Source: Eledone cirrhosa
Lineage: Eukaryota
Length of the DNA: 64,000 nucleotides
Assembly: GCA_964016885.1 (NCBI GenBank)
Contig: OZ024742.1
Span: 237,274,001 to 237,338,000 of the forward strand
Direction: 5' to 3'
Made by a program: the position numbers and the translations under genes. Positions 26,625 through 38,258 of this stretch are shown here, in pieces (the stretch's first letter is position 1; each line of letters opens with the position of its first letter). The notes below the pieces were generated by a model. The model was not told the origin of the DNA and did no database searches. It saw only the letters and a list, made by a program, of their open reading frames with translations.

Positions 26625-26865
26625 TCCTTTAGCATTTACATTACTATATATACTATTATATTGATAATTATATTTACTATTATATTTTCACAGTAAAGGC
26701 TTTTTACCTCACATAATTATCTCACATAATATCAAATCTATGAGATTTTGATATTTATTTTGAGAACAATACCTTAACATCAGTGTGAGCGACCGTTACA
26801 GCCGATTTGAACAGAAAGAGGTGAGAGAATTCTGGCTGGATACAGCCGGCTTAAATGCTAAAGGG
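26625..26865. mobile_element. MITE family A nested in a MITE family B copy
   Basis: TTAA on both sides and same TIRs as the 2170 copy; flanks resemble family B. Confidence 0.8.
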
Positions 26866-27689
26866 TTAATAATGAAATAATTAATAATTTTAATAATCCC
26901 TCCAAATTCTTCATTAGTTATTTGAAATACAGTCTATGTCATTATAAATATGGTAATGAAAAGTTTCTTTAAAAAGAAATCAATAATACATTTATTTGTA
27001 TTGAACTGTAAATGCCTAAAACAAAAATTGCACGATAAATAAATATTTTTAAAATATTATTTATTTATTTGAATAGTTCTTTAGTTTAAGATTTTTAATG
27101 TATAAATATCAATACTTTACTTGAATAACAAAGTAATTATTAAAATTAAAAACCAATGACAGAAATGAAGCAAAATGAAATATATTTTATATTTTTCTAA
27201 AAGGAAATTGAAATTTTATATTTCTGAATATTCATGCACGATATTAATTAAAGTTGAGAATTGGCTTGGCTTTTTATAAGAAAATAAACCTACATGGCAA
27301 GTTTTAATATTACTATCTATAGCATGTATGTAAAGCTGTTGTAAATACAAGCACACATGTTGTTGTCATTGGATCTCCACTGTTCTGACAATGAGAGTTC
27401 CAGGTGTTTTATCATTGGTACAGTTTACTCATGAAATTAATGTGCAAGTAACTGAACATGTACCCTTAACACAACTGAAGTGTCGCAAAGCTGGTCATTT
27501 GAATTACAGGTAAAACTCATTTTTGCCAGCTGAGTGGATTGAAGCAATGTGTAATAAAGTCTTGCTCAAGGATGCAATGGGCTGCTGAGAATCCAATTCA
27601 TGACTATTATCATGAGCAGAACACTTTGACAATTAGACCATGTGCCTTCATAGGCAAGTTTAAACACACACAATGACCCTAGCATGCTA

Positions 27690-28045
27690 TGTTGCATGTG
27701 AATTGCTAGTATGCATGAACAACAGAGCATAAATGAAATGAGGGAAAAAGTGAGTATTAGATGAATCAGGTGTCATGTACAAGAGAGTAAACTGAGCTGG
27801 TATGGACATGTCATGCTTATGAAGGACGATGACATTTAGGTGAAAAGGTTCTAATTACTCCAGGTGGAAGGAACTAGTGGAAGAGAAAGAATAAGGAAGA
27901 CATAGTGAACAATTGATGAAGTCTGATCCAAGCAGCTAAATCTCAAGAAGGAGATGACAAAGGAAAACAAAAAGTGGCAAGATGCTTAGCTGGAGATAAC
28001 CTATCCAACGCATGCAAACCTAGAAAAACATGTAAAATGATGAGA
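27690..28045 (+). mobile_element. Old RTE 3' fragment
   Basis: WYGHVM motif and CCATGC-like 3' end. Confidence 0.65.
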
Positions 28046-29625
28046 GTGTGTGTGTTTAATAGGTCACAAAATATAAGAGCACGATTTATTATGATCAATT
28101 AATTATTATTTGATAAAATTGTTGTAATCAATCAAAATGAGTAAAAAATATTTGATAAAACATATTTATTTTTTGTACCTAATGTAGAAATATTTCTTTT
28201 GTTGGATTAAAGAAAAAGACACTTTGAACATTTCCACTTATATTGTTTACCTATAATCTTCTATTAGTATGGACATTTACTCTCTTTCTTTAACTACATA
28301 CAAACACACACAGACGTCTGTATGTGTGCTTACATTTACTGTTTGTATATGTCCTGTAACTTAGTTGATCAACAAACAGAGACAGATAAAATAGGTACTG
28401 GGGTCAATATGATCAACTAAATCACTTCAAGGTGGTACCCCAGCATGGCCACAGTCCAATGACTGGAACGAGTAAAAGAAAAAAAAAAAAGAATATATAC
28501 ATGTACTCCCATTCGTATCTACAAACAACCTAACACACACAAATCAATCAGGACAAAACAATTTTTATTTTAAAAAAAAAAAAAAAAATTAGAGAATTTT
28601 CATATTAAATTTTCTTATTTCAAAATATTTCAAAACAGCATATTTTTCTCCAATCTCAATATTAACAAACAAAATAAAAAGTTCTTGAAATATTCAGAAA
28701 TTTTGTTTTTTATACTATTTGCTACTCAGACAGATCAATGCAAACATGTGTGTGTATGTATATATATATATATCATCATCATCATCATCATCGTTCAACA
28801 TCTATCTTCCATGCTAGCATGGGTTAGACGGGTTTGTCCCATTTGAGGCAAGTGTCTCGCTTGTATAGGACTCTGGCTGGTTTTCTACAGCTGGATGCCC
28901 TTCCATATTCACAGTGTGTGCTGGGTGCTTTTTGTTGTGACACCTACATAACCACTTTACAGTGTGGGCTGGATGTTTTGTGGTACAAACATAACTTTAA
29001 TTATATATATATGTATATATATGTATAATGTGGAAAGTGATGTACGTAAAAATGATTAAAAAATGTAAAATGGACTGTAAGATGAGGGCAGTGAAAAAGT
29101 TTGTTACTTGGTAATTTTTTTTTTTCATCTTAATATTTTGGGTTAGGGTTATGTATATATATATATTATGAAAAACATTTGAAAGCCTTTTGCTATGAAT
29201 TGTAACCAATGGCACACTTCTCCATATGCAAGTGAGTTTCATCAGCTCATATACATAAACGAAAAATCTATATGATTCTAGCTTATTTTAATCTCAGGAG
29301 AAACGAGGTGCATAAGTAAACTGGGCACCGACCAAAATGCAAGAAATAATGTTGTTGGTTACTTCCCCTTGCTTTTGCTGAGACAAGGATGTGTGACATT
29401 GGTCATAACCTAACATTCATAGAGAATGAATTTCAGATATTTTTCATAAACATCTCTTATATTATTCAATAGAGAACACATACATACAAGCGGATAATGC
29501 TATGTTGGAGCACCAATACTTATATATACATATGTCAACATGAATGGACCTGTTATTTTTATCTAAAGACGTTTTTTCCAATTCCACCCCACCCATCCCT
29601 TCAATCTATCTTATTTCTCATTCTT

Positions 29626-29661
29626 TCTTCCGATGAAAGACTAGCATCCGAAACGTTAAGA
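29626..29661 (+). ncRNA. Degenerate minimal hammerhead in a probable PLE end
   Basis: TCTT-CCGATGA-...-GAAACGTT-AAGA; core altered and stem II weak. Confidence 0.4.
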
Positions 29662-29749
29662 CCCTCTTCTTGCTATTTCAAGAGTTAACCTAATATATTC
29701 CTTCCATATACTGTACCGATTGTGTTGTTATTTCTGTTTGCCTTTAAAA

Positions 29750-29817
<68 letters not shown>

Positions 29818-29915
29818 TAAACATAATAATAATAGGAATAAAATATGAAATTTAACACATTATGAAAATATATAAAAATGAAGTATATTGACTTATCTGA
29901 ATACAAGTCATTATG

Positions 29916-30600
29916 TTGGATTAGCAGTATCGGGAGAGGGTCGGATGCCATGCTTTGCAGCAAAGAGTTACGACCCTTTATGGTCTGAGTTCAAATCCCG
30001 TCGAGGTTAACTTTGCCTTTCATCCTTACGGGGTCGATAAAATAAAGTACCAGTAATACACTTGGATAATTGCTGGCCTTGTACCAAAAGTAGAAACAAT
30101 TATTATTAATACTAAGGCAGTGGATTGGCAGTATTGGTAGAAGGTTGGACGCCATGCTTTGCAGTATAGAGTTACGGGCCTTTATGATCTGAGTTCAAAT
30201 CCCACCGAAGTTAACTTTGCCTTTTATCCTTACGGGGGTCGATGAAATAAAGCACCAGTAATGCACTGGGATAATTGCTGGCCTTGTGCCAAAAATAGAA
30301 ACAATTATGTTAATATATATATATATATATTCAGTGCATTACCGATATTTTATTTTATCAACCCAGTGAGGATAAAAGGCAAAGTTCACCTCGGTGGGAT
30401 TTGAACTCAGACCATAAAGGGGTGTAACTCTATGATGCTGCAAAGCATGGCATCTGACCCTCTACCGATATTAACATAATTGTTTCTACTTTAGGCACAA
30501 GGCCAGCAATTACCCAGTTCATTACTGGTACTTTATTTTATCAACCCCGTAAGGATGAAAGGCAAAGTCAACCTCGGCGGGATTTGAACTCAGATCGTAA
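29916..30600. mobile_element. Four tRNA-derived SINEs (two forward, two reverse)
   Basis: A-box TGGCAGTATCGG, B-box GAGTTCAAATCCC and a Meta/MESC-like core GCCTTTCATCCTTACGGGGTCGATAAAATAAAGTACCAG. Confidence 0.85.
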
Positions 30601-30685
30601 ATTACCGATATTAACATAATGACTCGTATTCAGATAAGTGAATATTCTTCTTTTATATATATATATATATATATGCAGTATATAT

Positions 30686-31321
30686 ATCATCATCATCATC
30701 ATCATTTTACGTCCGCTTTTCCCTGCTTGCAAGGGTAGGACGGGTCTTATTCAGCACAGCATCTCTCCACTTGTCACGGTCCTTCGTCATCTCCACCGTG
30801 AGCTTCAGCGATCTGAGGTCTGTTCTCACCACCTCCACCCGCGTCTTCCTTCAACTGGCATTTCCTAGTACTTCTTCACCCATCGGTCATCCTCCATGCG
30901 CATCACATGTCCATACCACCAGTCTCCTCTCTCGTACACTACATTCTATCCCTCTCAGACACATTTTCTCTCTCAACACATTTATGCTGGGTCGTCACGC
31001 ACATTGACATTGCACATCCAACGGAGCATGCTTGCCTCATTTCTCTCCAGCCGTCGCATATCCTCTGCAGTTGCTGCCCATATCTCACTACCATGCAGCA
31101 TTGCGCTCCTCACACAGCCCTCATATAACCGGCCTTTCGTACGCAGGGAGAAACCCTTCTTCATCAGCAGAGGAAGCAGCTCCCTAAACTTCTTCCAACC
31201 CGTCCTTATTCTAGATACTATGGCCTCGGAACACCCCCCTCCCATGCTAATCTGATCACCTAGGTACCGGAAGCTATCCACCACTTCTATAGCACCCGCC
31301 TGCATTTGAAAAATGTGTCTA
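30686..31321 (-). mobile_element. RTE subfamily B 3' fragment
   Basis: ORF 30982-31305; (CAT)n tail abuts (TA)n. Confidence 0.9.
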
Positions 31322-31332
31322 TATATATATAT

Positions 31333-32813
31333 ATCATCATCATCATCATCATACGTCCATATTCCACGCTTGCATGGGTTTGGACGGGAGTTTTCCCACT
31401 AGAGGCAAGAGTGGTTGTCTTGATCGCATAGGACTGTCTGGCTGGTTTTCTACGGCTGGATGCCCTTCCTAACACCACATTTACAGTGTGGAACTGGGAG
31501 TTTTTACCGTGTTACCTACACGGCCACATTACAGCGTGGACTGTGTGTTTTTTTGTCGTGACACCTACACGACCTCATTTGTTTCGGGCTGGATGTTGTG
31601 ACACCAACATAACTTTACATTGAAAGGGGTGGTGTGGATGGGGTGTGGGTAGTGGGACGGGGGTGTATTTTGTTAGAGGTGCCTACTGACTGTAGTAGGT
31701 TTCACTTTGTACTTAGGTAAGGTGGGTCTTCTCTATTACTGTGTAGCGCCAAAGCTCTCGGTCCAGTGACATTGTCTTGGAGAGGTGTAAGTGTGTGAGG
31801 TCGGAATTTATCAAGTCGTCCCAGGTTTTTCTGGGTCTGCCTACTCCGTGGCTACCGTCTATTTTTATTGCCCTGCACTTTTTTATACAGCTGTCGTCTT
31901 TCATGCGCATCACGTGACCATACCAACGTAGTCTTCTCTCGAGTAAACAACATCTGATCCCTCTTATTTCTAATTTCTCCCTTAATTCGTTTATGCTTTG
32001 CCGTTCACGTATATTACTATTACACATCCAGTGGAGCATGCAAGCTTCGTTTCTCTCCAGTCTGCGTATATCCTCTGCACACAATGCCCAGGTCTCACTG
32101 CCATGTAACATTGCTGTTCGTATGCAGGCATCATACAGCCTGCCTTTCATTTTTAGAGAGAACCCTTTAGCGGCCAATAGTGGTATAAGCTCTCTGAACT
32201 TTTTCCATCCCGTTCTGACTCTAGCTACTGTACTTTCAGAGCACCCTCCGCCACTGCTGATTTTATCATCCAGGTAACGGAAGCTGTCCACTATTTCTAT
32301 AGAACCATCTGTGCAATGGAATGAGTTAGTATTCTGTGGGCACTTATTACACCAGAGCACCGGCCACATATAAAATCTATATTCTTAGTTAGCTTACCTG
32401 TGATCCCACTACATCTTTTATGTACCCATACTTTGCATTTGGGACATAAAATGGAGTTTCTACCTACTCCTTTCCTACACACTGACCATGGCCATTTCCC
32501 AGATGGGCCGGTGCCCTATTTTCCTTCCTACAAACTAGAACTTTAGTCTTAGACAGGTTAATTTTAAGGCCTTTTGATTCTAGGCCATGCTTCCATGTTT
32601 GGAATTTCTTCTCTAGTTCAGCCATTGATTCAGCTATGAGCGTTAGATCATCTTCATATAGGAGTTCCCATGGGCAGCCAGTCTTGAACTCCTCTGTTAT
32701 AGCCTGAAGGGCAATAATAAATAGTAGGGGGCTAAGGACGGAGCCCTGATGAACACCAACTTTTATGCTAAACTCTTCACTATATTCGTTGTTAATTCTA
32801 ACCTTGCTGACTG
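31333..32813 (-). mobile_element. RTE subfamily C 3' fragment
   Basis: ORFs 31713-32369 and 32297-32482; (CAT)n tail. Confidence 0.9.
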
Positions 32814-32974
32814 ATATATATATATATATAAGTAGAAGGGGTATTTAATTTGTTGGAAATCCGATAAATATAGATATAAATGTTTATAACTGATTTAGAG
32901 CACTCAACAAGTTCCTGGAGTAAATATTCAATGATATTAAATAAATGGAAACTATATTTATAAAACCATATTTA

Positions 32975-33033
32975 TTTTATTATATATATTTCAAGGGTAC
33001 CAAAGGACTTTGGTACGCTTTCTTCAGATAAAA
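32975..33033 (-). ncRNA. Type I hammerhead ribozyme (mirror copy)
   Basis: Reverse complement of the 33131-33191 motif. Confidence 0.8.
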
Positions 33034-33130
33034 TACAAAGTTTGTTTTATAAATAGAGACATACCCAGGAAGAGCATACCTTATCAGTTGGATACTCTCT
33101 ATCCAGAGAGTATCCAACTGATAAGGGATG

Positions 33131-33191
33131 ATTTTATCTGAAGAAAGCGTACCAAAGTCCTTTGGTACCCTTGAAATATATATAATAAAAT
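33131..33191 (+). ncRNA. Type I hammerhead ribozyme
   Basis: ATTTTAT-CTGAAGA-AAG.GTACCAAAG/CTTTGGTAC.CTT-GAAA-TATATATA-ATAAAAT. Confidence 0.8.
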
Positions 33192-33242
33192 AAATATGGT
33201 TTTATAAATATAGTTTCCATTTATTTAATATCATTGAATATA

Positions 33243-34592
33243 TATGTGTGGGAAGAGTACAACAGATACCCTCTTCTTGGTGAGACAATTGCAAGAGAGG
33301 TTCTTAGAGAAAAATAAACCACTATACTTAGCCTTTGTTGACCTAGAGAAGGCCTTTGATAGGATACCCCAATCTGTCATCTGGTGGTCCCTAAGGAAGC
33401 TAGGTGTTGAGGAATGGTTTGTGAGGACAGTGCAAACTTTGTACAGAGGTACTCTCAGTAAAGTCAGGGTAGGAATGGAGTTTAGTGAGGAATTCTAGAT
33501 ACAAGTAGGAGTACATCAAGGTTCGGTCCTCAGCCCACTCTTATTCATTATAGTCCTCTAAGCCATAACAGAGGAGTTTAAGACTGGCTGTCCATGGGAA
33601 CTTCTCTATGCTGACGATCTGGTTCTTATAGCAGAATCAGTAGAGGAGCTAGAGAATAAATTCTGGCTATGGGAACAGCAGTTGGAATCAAGAGGACTGA
33701 GAGTGAACCTAGCTAAGACAAAAGCGTTGATGAGTAGAAAAGAGGACAAAACTCTGATTCCGTCAGGGAAATGGCCATGTTTGATATGCAGAAAAGGAAC
33801 TGGCATAAATTCTATAAAATGTACACAATGCAGATCCTGGGTACACAAGAGATGTAGCGGGATAGCAGGCAAACTAACAGGTAGGGAGAAATATGTATGC
33901 AGTAGATGTACAGGGAAATTAGACAGTAGAAGTCGCATTGATAGACACATTTTTCAAATGCAGGAGGGCGCTATAGAAGTGGTGGACAGCTTCCGGTACC
34001 TAGGAGATCAGATTAGGAGGAGGGTATTCCGAGGTCATAGTATCTAGAATAAGGACAGGTTGGAAGAAGTTTAGGGAGCTGCTTCCTCTGCTGATGAAAG
34101 GTTTCTCCTTGCGTACGAAAGGCTGGTTGTATGATGCCTGTGTGAGGAGCGCGATGCTGCATGGTAGTGAGACATGGGCAGCAACTGCAGAGGATATGCG
34201 ATGGCTGGAGAGAAATGAGGCAAGCATACTTCGTTGGATGTGCAGTGTAAATGTGCGCGAACGACCCAGCATAAATGTGTTGAGAGAGAAACTGTGTCTG
34301 AGAGGGATAGAATGTAGGGTACGGGAGAGGAGACTGAGGTGGTATGGACATGTGATGCGCATGGAGGATGACTGATGGGTGAAGAAGTGCCAGGAAATGC
34401 CAGTTGAAGGAAGACGTGGTAGAGGTAGACCACGAAAAACATGGGCGGAGGTGGTGAGAACAGACCTCAGATCATTGAAGCTCACGGTGGAGATGACGAA
34501 GGACCGTGACATGTGGAGAGATGGTGTGCTGAATAAGACCCGTCCCACCCTTGCAAGCAGGGAAAAGCGGACGTAAAATGATGATGATGATG

Positions 34593-34594
<2 letters not shown>
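33243..34594 (+). mobile_element. RTE subfamily B fragment
   Basis: FVDLEKAFD, YADD, PHD-type insert and (TGA)n tail; contains stops. Confidence 0.9.
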
Positions 34595-34637
<43 letters not shown>

Positions 34638-34817
34638 TAATTGTTTCTATTTTAGGCACAAGGCCAGCAATTACCCAGCACTTTATTTTATCGACCCCGT
34701 AAGGATGAAAGGCAAAGTTAATCTCGGCGGGATTTGAACTCAGATCATAAAGGGACGTAACTCTATGCTTCAAAGCATGGTGTCCGACTCTCTACCGATA
34801 CTGCCAATCCACCGCCC
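34638..34817 (-). mobile_element. tRNA-derived SINE
   Basis: Same A/B boxes and core as the 29916 cluster. Confidence 0.85.
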
Positions 34818-35149
34818 TCTATATATTGACACCGCCCTATATATTGACATAATGACTCGTATTCAGATAAGTCAATATTCTTCATTTTTATATATTTCCA
34901 TAATGTGTTAAATTTCAAATTTTATTCCCATTATTATTATGTTTGACAGTTGTATTCCTATTACATATTATATTTAACAGCCAAATTAACTCTATTTAAC
35001 TTTCCAAGATAGCATCTCCACACCCCTCATAATGGACTGTAATAAATACTAAGGCCTTCCCTGGGGAGGAATACACCACTCAACAAAATTAGTTATTAGT
35101 GACATCAAAATAAACATGAAACAGAATAAAACACACAGGAAAATATGGA

Positions 35150-35840
35150 GACGGAAGGTCTGGAAGCTGAGCATAAGTTAGTCAGTGTGTCAGTGTGAAT
35201 CGTGACGTTCTTCAGGAAAAGTGTGTTACAAATGACACCAGTGTCTTTAGCACCACTTGATGCTCAAAAGAAAGAGACCTGAAAATGTTACTATGAGAGA
35301 CTGATGAATGTAGAGAATGAATGGGAGGAAGAGAAATTACCCCCAACCCACCCAGCCACTGAAGTTGACATTTAAAGCTGCAGGGCCATCAAAGATAACT
35401 GCTGAGATGCTAAAAGCATCGGCAGAAGTAGGAGTCAAACTAGTGACCCGCATAGTCAATCAGGTGTCATACCCAATGACTGGTGCATCCGTACAATCAT
35501 AAATTACTAGAAGGGCAAAGGTAATGCCATAGAGTGGGGCAACTATATAGGAATAAAACCAATGGACTAAGTTATGAAAGTGATGAAAAGAGTTATAGCA
35601 CAACAAATTAGAGAAAGAGTCAAATTAGACAAGATGCAGTTTGGTTTCATACCTGGGAAAAGTACTACAGACCCTCTCTTTTTAGTGAGGTAACTATAAG
35701 AAAAATTCTTAGTCAAAAATAAGCAACTATACCTAGCTTTCATTGACCTAGAAAAAACATTTGACAGAGTACCCCAATCTATTATCTGGTGATCCATAAG
35801 GAAATTAGGTGTAGAAGAATGGTTGGATAAATATACATGG
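35150..35840 (+). mobile_element. Old RTE RT fragment
   Basis: AEMLKAS, MQFGF.PGKST and LAFIDLEK motifs. Confidence 0.8.
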
Positions 35841-36369
35841 TGTAAAGGGATACAAGAACAGAGATCAGCTGTCAACTGATCAAATTATAGAATATACAGT
35901 TTATTTTCTTACACTGGAATATATCTCCTATAAGTACAACAACCACAACAGCAAGCATTTTAAGGCCATTTCACCCTACTAAAGCAGGGGTTAGCCTTGC
36001 AGGCCCCATGATAAACACTTTCTAAATTGCTCCATCCTCACTCTCCAACACTGACTTACATTTCCTCCTTCAACAGCTTTAGTCATGTCTTTCTAGGGAT
36101 TCTTCTTCCGCTACTTTCCACAATAATTTTTATTTCATAAGTGGATACAATATATCTACTACTACAACAACTAGGGTTTAAAGTTAATTTCCCTACTAAA
36201 ACAGGGGTTAGCTTTATTGTCCCCATGACAGACTTCATACTCATCATAGGGTCCTTTTTGAAGACATATTTTATAACTGGATGTTATTCCTGGTGCTAAC
36301 CATTTTAATCACTTCTTACAATAGACAGGAACAAAGAGCACCTATTATATACTGTATACACAGAGAAAT

Positions 36370-36610
36370 GTCATATTTAAATATCCATTATTTCTCTTGC
36401 ATCACAGAATTCCAAGTGTCTCAATCCCTCTTCATTTCTTGAGCCATAAGTATAGCCACCATGAACTCCACTGAATCCGTCCTGGTACTGCCCCACATGT
36501 CCCTTGAAGTCTCCTGCCAAGATGATGAGATCATTTTTATAGGTACCTGAAGTCATCTGTAAAAGTTCTTCATAGAACCTGTCTTTTTGTTCTTTACTCT
36601 ATCCAGCACA
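36370..36610 (-). mobile_element. RTE-type APE endonuclease fragment
   Basis: KDRFYEEL..IILAGDFKGHVG..VHGGY.YG.RNEEG...LEFC. Confidence 0.85.
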
Positions 36611-37341
36611 CATTCTTAATGTATCTTTACTAACAGTAAAAAAAAGTAATTAGTATTCAAAAATGAAATTTTTCTATTGTTATTTCACAAATATAAATGA
36701 TAAAAACATTACTCTGTTTACCACAAGAGAGAAAATATCGATTTTGATTCTGAAATTAGTTGAGAAATATAATTAACTATTATCGAAGCAGTTACTAAAG
36801 TCAATATTTTGAATATTATATCATTAATTAATTGATATTGATCACAAAATATACAGTTTTGACTACTCAGTAGTTTATCATTTTATATTAATCACAAATC
36901 AAATTTTTCAAGAATAAACTGTACTTTTCATAGTTTTAGCATGATTTTACAGGCTGGATACCCTTCCTAATACCAACCACTTTACAGCATTGACTGAGTG
37001 CATTTTATTATACTAGTAGTACTAGAGAAGCTGTGTGTCAGGCCTAAAATACCTCCGCTACACTGTATCGTCAGAGTGACTGCTCTCATAGATGGGATGA
37101 CTTCACAATAGCTTGTGAAGTCCATGTCTACCTAATGCAGTTTTTAGATGGAATTAATGCCCTAGATGGATTGTCTAATATGCAAGAACTTATTCAGAGT
37201 CAATGCTATCTAAGATGGGATGCATTCACTGTATCTAGTAGAGCCTATATCCCCTCGAATATATAGATCTTGAGCTGGCATGAAGAAATCTGTCATGGTT
37301 ATCATAAATATCATCATAGTTTTTATACCCTTTTTTCCATA

Positions 37342-37381
<40 letters not shown>

Positions 37382-37560
37382 TAAGTATGTATACGTACAT
37401 ACATATATGTATACATACATACATGCACACATATATATATGTGTGCATGTATGTATGTATATACATACTAGTGTACGTCTGTATACATATATGTATGTAT
37501 ACATACTTATATTTAAGTATAAGCCGTACTAAGAGTGAGAAATGAAATTTCATTTTTTCC

Positions 37561-37615
<55 letters not shown>

Positions 37616-37620
37616 CATAA

Positions 37621-37689
37621 CAGATTAAAGTTTAAGCAAAGAATCGCTGCTTTCACCCTTAACGGGATCTTCTGAAAAAAATCAATCTG
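37621..37689 (-). ncRNA. Hammerhead-like motif with CAGAAGA core
   Basis: CAGATTGA..TTT-CAGAAGA-TCCC..GGGT-GAAA-GCA..TGC-TT-AAAC.TTAATCTG; copies at 42251-42322 (+) and 49594-49668 (+). Confidence 0.45.
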
Positions 37690-38073
37690 TGAACGCTGAA
37701 GTAAATATTTCGAGAAACGTTGCAACCGAAGGAAGACAGGAAGATGATACTTTGGTTCGTGGAAACGTTCCCTGGCAAAGAACGGAAAAAAACGATGATA
37801 ATACGTCAGTATTTGGAGCGATGAAAACAATTACATGCAAAGACAAAACCACGTTTATGGTATAAATGAAGTCGTAGACTAATATTCTATTAGGTGGTTC
37901 GTTGAGACGTTCTCTGACAATGAATGGAAAAAACAAAGATAATACGTCATTATATGGAGTAATGAGAACAATTACACGCAAAGACAAAACCACGTTTATG
38001 GTATAACTGAAGTCGTAGACTAAAATTCTATTTAGGAAACCGAATGATTCTCGGCTTCAGAGTTAAGAATAAT

Positions 38074-38258
38074 TATTTCTATTTTGGAACAAAGCCAGCA
38101 ATTACACAGTACATTACTGGTACTTTATTTTATCAACACCGTAAGGATGAAAGGCAAAGTTAACCTCAGCTGGATTTGAACTCAGATCGTAAAGAGACGT
38201 AACTCTTTGCATCAAAGCATGGCGTCCGACCCTCTATTGATACTACCAATCCACCGCC
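38074..38258 (-). mobile_element. tRNA-derived SINE with long TSD
   Basis: CTTCAGAGTTAAGAATAAT duplicated on both sides; absent from the equivalent site in the other PLE arm. Confidence 0.9.
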
